Source: Sphingomonas sp. (GTDB taxonomy: Bacteria; Pseudomonadota; Alphaproteobacteria; Sphingomonadales; Sphingomonadaceae). Taken from it: DNA of 64,000 nt. The stretch covers positions 10,217 to 74,216 of the forward strand of contig NZ_JAHFPY010000002.1 of assembly GCF_023266535.1 (NCBI RefSeq). The letters run 5' to 3'. The position numbers and the translations under genes are program-made. The notes beneath the pieces were generated by a model. That model did no database searches. It saw only the letters and a program-made list of their open reading frames with translations, and was not told the DNA's origin. Positions 61,150 to 64,000 of the stretch are shown piece after piece (position 1 is the first letter of the stretch; every line of letters starts with the position of its first letter).

Positions 61150-61506
61150 CTAGGCCTTTTCCAGCGTGCACTGGAGCGGGTGCTGGTTCTCCCGGGCGAA
61201 ATCGATCACCTGGGAAACCTTGGTTTCGGCCACCTCGTAGGTAAACACGCCGCAAACGGCGACGCCCTGCTGATGGACCTGGAGCATGACGCGGGTCGCA
61301 TCTTCCAGGTCCATGGTGAAGTAGCGCTGCAGGACCAGCACGACAAACTCCATCGGCGTGTAATCGTCGTTGAGCATCAGCACTTTGTAATTGCTGGGCT
61401 TCTTGGTCTTGGGACGAGTGCGGGTAACGACACCGTGCTCGATCTCGTCGAGCCCGTCGCCCTGCCCCGGCTCGTCGCCGGACATCAGAATCACTTGGTC
61501 AATCAT
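61150..61506 (-). CDS. clpS: ATP-dependent Clp protease adaptor ClpS
   Basis: [24 protein letters not shown]...[27 protein letters not shown] is the ClpS core. The start is ambiguous among Mets at 61485, 61506 and 61527. Confidence 0.9.
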   Translation of the reverse strand: MIDQVILMSGDEPGQGDGLDEIEHGVVTRTRPKTKKPSNYKVLMLNDDYTPMEFVVLVLQRYFTMDLEDATRVMLQVHQQGVAVCGVFTYEVAETKVSQVIDFARENQHPLQCTLEKA

Positions 61507-61570
61507 CTGGGACCTAAAATATGGCATCCCGGCAATTGCCTGCAAGGCGGCTTGAGCCGTTTGTCCCGAA

Positions 61571-61606
61571 AAGAAAAACGGCCGCCCCCCGCGAAGGGGA
61601 CGGCCG
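61571..61606 (-). terminator. rho-independent terminator after the phasin gene
   Basis: On the minus strand: CGGCCGUCCCC-UUCGC-GGGGGGCGGCCG (one bulge), then UUUUUCUU. Confidence 0.7.
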
Positions 61607-61638
61607 TGAACAGGGTTGCCTTCCAAAGAGGGGAGAGG

Positions 61639-62382
61639 TCAGGCAACCAAAGTGTTGATGCGCTCGGCATTCAGGCTGGCGCGGGTCTGCAGCGGCTCAA
61701 CCGCCTCACCCGCCAGCTTGACGACGCGCTCGGTCAGCTTCGAGGTCTCGGCGACGAGACGATCGAACGACGTGCGGGCCAGCTCCGACTGGATCTGGAA
61801 GAACTCGGCCGGCGACTTCGCCTCGGCCAGGGTCTTCACGGCGTCCGAAGCCTGTTCGATGCCCTCACGGCCCGACGCAATCGCGTCCTGGCCGATCGCC
61901 TTGGCGCCGCCGGCATAAATGCGGCCGGCTTCGACGATCGCTTCGACATTGGCCTTGGCGAGCTCGGCGAGCTGCTCGGCGGTCTGCTGCGACTTGGCAA
62001 CGAACTTCTGGCCGCGCTCGTTGGCGTCGGCGAACAGTTCCTGGGCCTTGTCGGCACCCGGGATCTGGAACCCAGCGAACAGCTGGTTGAAATCATAAGT
62101 CATGGTCTTCTTCCCTTCGATCTTGTTGACGCGGGCGACCGGAGCCGCCTTACGGGCACGCTTGACCGTCTTGGCGGCGCGCTTGTTCACTTGCTTGACG
62201 GCTTTGACGACCTTGGTCGGGGCCTTGCGGACCTTGCGGACGGCCTTCTTGGCGACCGGCTTGGTCTTGGCGACGGCCGGGGCCGCAACCACTTCAACCT
62301 TCTCGACAACCGGCTTCACCGGCGCCGCGACGGCCTCAACGACCGCTTCCACTTTCTCTTCGACCTTGGTCTCTTCAGCCAC
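61639..62382 (-). CDS. phasin family protein with Lys/Ala/Val/Pro-rich N-terminal extension
   Basis: C-terminal 155 aa (MTYDFNQLFAGFQIPG...AEFFQIQSELARTSF...) is phasin-like. GTG at 62380-62382 has AAGGAG 7 nt upstream and adds about 90 aa of AKKAVRKVRKAPTKVVKAVK-type sequence. An alternative short start is the ATG at 62103. Confidence 0.7.
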   Translation of the reverse strand: MAEETKVEEKVEAVVEAVAAPVKPVVEKVEVVAAPAVAKTKPVAKKAVRKVRKAPTKVVKAVKQVNKRAAKTVKRARKAAPVARVNKIEGKKTMTYDFNQLFAGFQIPGADKAQELFADANERGQKFVAKSQQTAEQLAELAKANVEAIVEAGRIYAGGAKAIGQDAIASGREGIEQASDAVKTLAEAKSPAEFFQIQSELARTSFDRLVAETSKLTERVVKLAGEAVEPLQTRASLNAERINTLVA

Positions 62383-62442
62383 GTCAAAACTCCTTTGCTG
62401 CGGTGCAACATAGTGCAGTGCGGCATAGGTTTCAAGCATTTT

Positions 62443-62457
62443 TTGTGCATTGCACAA
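62443..62457. promoter_or_regulatory. palindrome TTGTGCA-T-TGCACAA in the phasin/gmk divergent region (candidate PhaR-type operator)
   Basis: Perfect 7-bp inverted repeat, adjacent to a TGC-rich stretch (62396-62425: GCTGCGGTGCAACATAGTGCAGTGCGGC) upstream of the phasin gene. Confidence 0.3.
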
Positions 62458-62514
62458 TGAAACGGATTTGGCGGCGCGCTTGACGGACCGCCACGACCCA
62501 AGGCAAGGGCGGTC

Positions 62515-63168
62515 ATGGCTCTTCCGACCAGCCCCCAGCACCGCAGCCGCCGTGGCCTGCTCATCGTTCTGTCCTCGCCATCGGGCGCCGGCAAGTCGAC
62601 GATCAGCCGCATGCTGCTGGAGGCGGATGACAACATCACCATCTCGGTCAGCGCCACCACCCGGCCGCCACGGCCAGGCGAAGTGGATGGGGTCGACTAT
62701 CACTTCGTCGACGAGGCCGAGTTCAACCGGCTGATCGAAGCCGATGAATTCGCCGAATGGGCCTATGTGTTCGATCACCTCTACGGAAGTCCCAAGGAGC
62801 CCATCAAGGAAGCGCTTAAGGACGGCCGCGACACTCTGTTCGATATCGACTGGCAGGGCACTCAGCAGCTCGAATATGCCTTCCGCACTGATCTGGTGCT
62901 GATCTTCATCCTGCCGCCATCGATGAAGGAACTGGACCGTCGCCTGCACGAACGCGGAACCGACAGCGACGAAATCATCGCCGGGCGGATGCGCCGGGCC
63001 GCATCCGAGATCGGCCATTGGGCCGAATATGATTATGTCCTGATCAACGAAGACATGGAGCAATGCCTGGACGATGTCCGGGCAATCATCGCCGCCGAAC
63101 GGCTGCGGCGCGAGCGACAACCTTATCTGCTGGGCTTTGTCCGCGAGCTGGTCGCCCGTCCTAATTAA
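62515..63168 (+). CDS. gmk: guanylate kinase
   Basis: LIVLSSPSGAGKST P-loop and the TTRPPRPGEVDGVDYHF motif. Confidence 0.95.
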   Translation: MALPTSPQHRSRRGLLIVLSSPSGAGKSTISRMLLEADDNITISVSATTRPPRPGEVDGVDYHFVDEAEFNRLIEADEFAEWAYVFDHLYGSPKEPIKEALKDGRDTLFDIDWQGTQQLEYAFRTDLVLIFILPPSMKELDRRLHERGTDSDEIIAGRMRRAASEIGHWAEYDYVLINEDMEQCLDDVRAIIAAERLRRERQPYLLGFVRELVARPN

Positions 63169-63853
63169 GCAAGTCGAGAAAGCGTGCGGCGGCGAGAAAA
63201 TCGCGCCGGCGCAAATCGAGTGCCGCCCGGGCTTCGGAATCTTCGCCCCATTGCTCAAGCTGCCAGCGGTCGTCGAGGCTGACTGCTTCCCACACATCCT
63301 CGGCCGGCATCATCCCTTCGAGCACGGCGAGGCCGGCGACCAGCGAACCACCGATCGTCACCAGCGGCGACAGGCCGGCCAGTTGGAACGGATCGAGCAT
63401 GGCGACGGCATGGCCGAGCTTGCGCACCGTTTCCTCAGGCTGCGGAGCGTGCATCACACCTGATATGCAGGCGAAATCGACATCGAAGCGCCGCCGCGCC
63501 CAGGCCAGCAGCGGATCCCAGCTTTCCGCCTGGCGCGCGACCAAGGCTTTGGGCCCCTCAGCCCGGTAGCTAAGGAGGTCGCCCTCGGCGTAGCGGGCGA
63601 ACCCGGCGGCGAATTGGTCCTTGTCGATCGTAATCCGATCGATCGCGGCATTGGCCAGACCGGTCAGCGGCATCGTTCGCGGATCAACGCTCTCGCCACA
63701 TTCATTCCATTCGGCGGCAATTGCTTCGGCCAGCCAGCGCGTCGGCATGGCGAGATCGGCGCGGGCCGGTGTCTTTAAGGAACGACAGTCAAGCGTAATT
63801 CCAAACCCATTTTCCGCCACCACCACCTCGGCAGCCTTCCAGAAGCGCTTCAC
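63161..63853 (-). CDS. ATP12 family F1-ATPase assembly chaperone
   Basis: MKRFWKAAEVV...GFGITLDCRSLKTPA...LPTRWLAEAIAAEW is the typical ATP12 N-terminus. GTG start overlaps the upstream stop (GTGA). Confidence 0.85.
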   Translation of the reverse strand: MKRFWKAAEVVVAENGFGITLDCRSLKTPARADLAMPTRWLAEAIAAEWNECGESVDPRTMPLTGLANAAIDRITIDKDQFAAGFARYAEGDLLSYRAEGPKALVARQAESWDPLLAWARRRFDVDFACISGVMHAPQPEETVRKLGHAVAMLDPFQLAGLSPLVTIGGSLVAGLAVLEGMMPAEDVWEAVSLDDRWQLEQWGEDSEARAALDLRRRDFLAAARFLDLLN

Positions 63854-64000
63854 TTGTCCTGCCGCTCCCAGCTCCGCTTCAAGACGCGCGGGGCAATCAC
63901 CGCATCGAGCGCGCCCATCACCGCCAGCAACCCTCCGATTAGCTTCTGGCCCCCCGGCTGGACGAGGTCGGAAAAGGCGACGGCGATTCCAACCAAAAAC
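63850..64000 (-). CDS. 3' end of an upstream gene (hydrophobic C-terminus ...FLVGIAVAFSDLVQPGGQKLIGGLLAVMGALDAVIAPRVLKRSWERQDK), function unknown
   Basis: Open frame from the window edge to TGA at 63850-63852. Overlaps the ATP12 start. Confidence 0.4.
   Translation of the reverse strand, partial: FLVGIAVAFSDLVQPGGQKLIGGLLAVMGALDAVIAPRVLKRSWERQDK

Noticed and set aside
62383-63297. Upstream 305 codons of the 552-aa ORF that contains the phasin
   Set aside because: This part is antisense to guanylate kinase and has no phasin-like or other motifs. A GTG with a good SD at 62382 gives a sensible gene.

Overview
This 64 kb window is high-GC chromosomal DNA from an alphaproteobacterium. It looks sphingomonad-like, because an acyl carrier protein gene is followed directly by a serine palmitoyltransferase that closely resembles Sphingomonas SPT. 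I support about 65 protein genes, one tRNA-Ser(CGA), several intrinsic terminators and a family of CCCCTCCCC/GGGGAGGGG hairpins. I found no rRNA, CRISPR array, transposase, integrase or prophage genes. Most content is housekeeping: zwf, rplU-rpmA-obg, serC-serA, purA, fabI, pdxH, mnmA, murA, clpS, gmk and xthA. There are also two RND efflux operons, an OmpR/HK pair, a CHASE3 hybrid kinase, lptFG and general-stress-type small membrane proteins.

The most interesting part is 17.2-30.6 kb, where sphingolipid genes are scattered among unusual partners:
- An NDUFA9-like SDR, acp-spt, a desaturase and a large GNAT-like protein.
- A three-gene operon encoding a DUF2141-like periplasmic protein, a DAG-kinase-fold lipid kinase and a clear Tam41/Mmp37-like cytidylyltransferase homologue. 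I interpret this as a candidate uncharacterised lipid head-group activation pathway.
- A stand-alone Pycsar-effector-like (DUF5706-like) 2-TM protein with A/T-shifted codon usage.
- A Gly/Asn-rich tandem-repeat secreted protein.

Other observations worth a second look:
- A tRNA-Ser 3'-end direct repeat.
- A low-GC islet carrying an orphan secreted protein.
- An RND pump with a roughly 100-aa, two-helix insertion.
- A four-hairpin cluster between clpS and murA.
- Candidate CtrA, EcfG, PhaR and serC-leader regulatory sites.

All functional calls come from reading the translated ORFs and motifs by eye. No database search was run.
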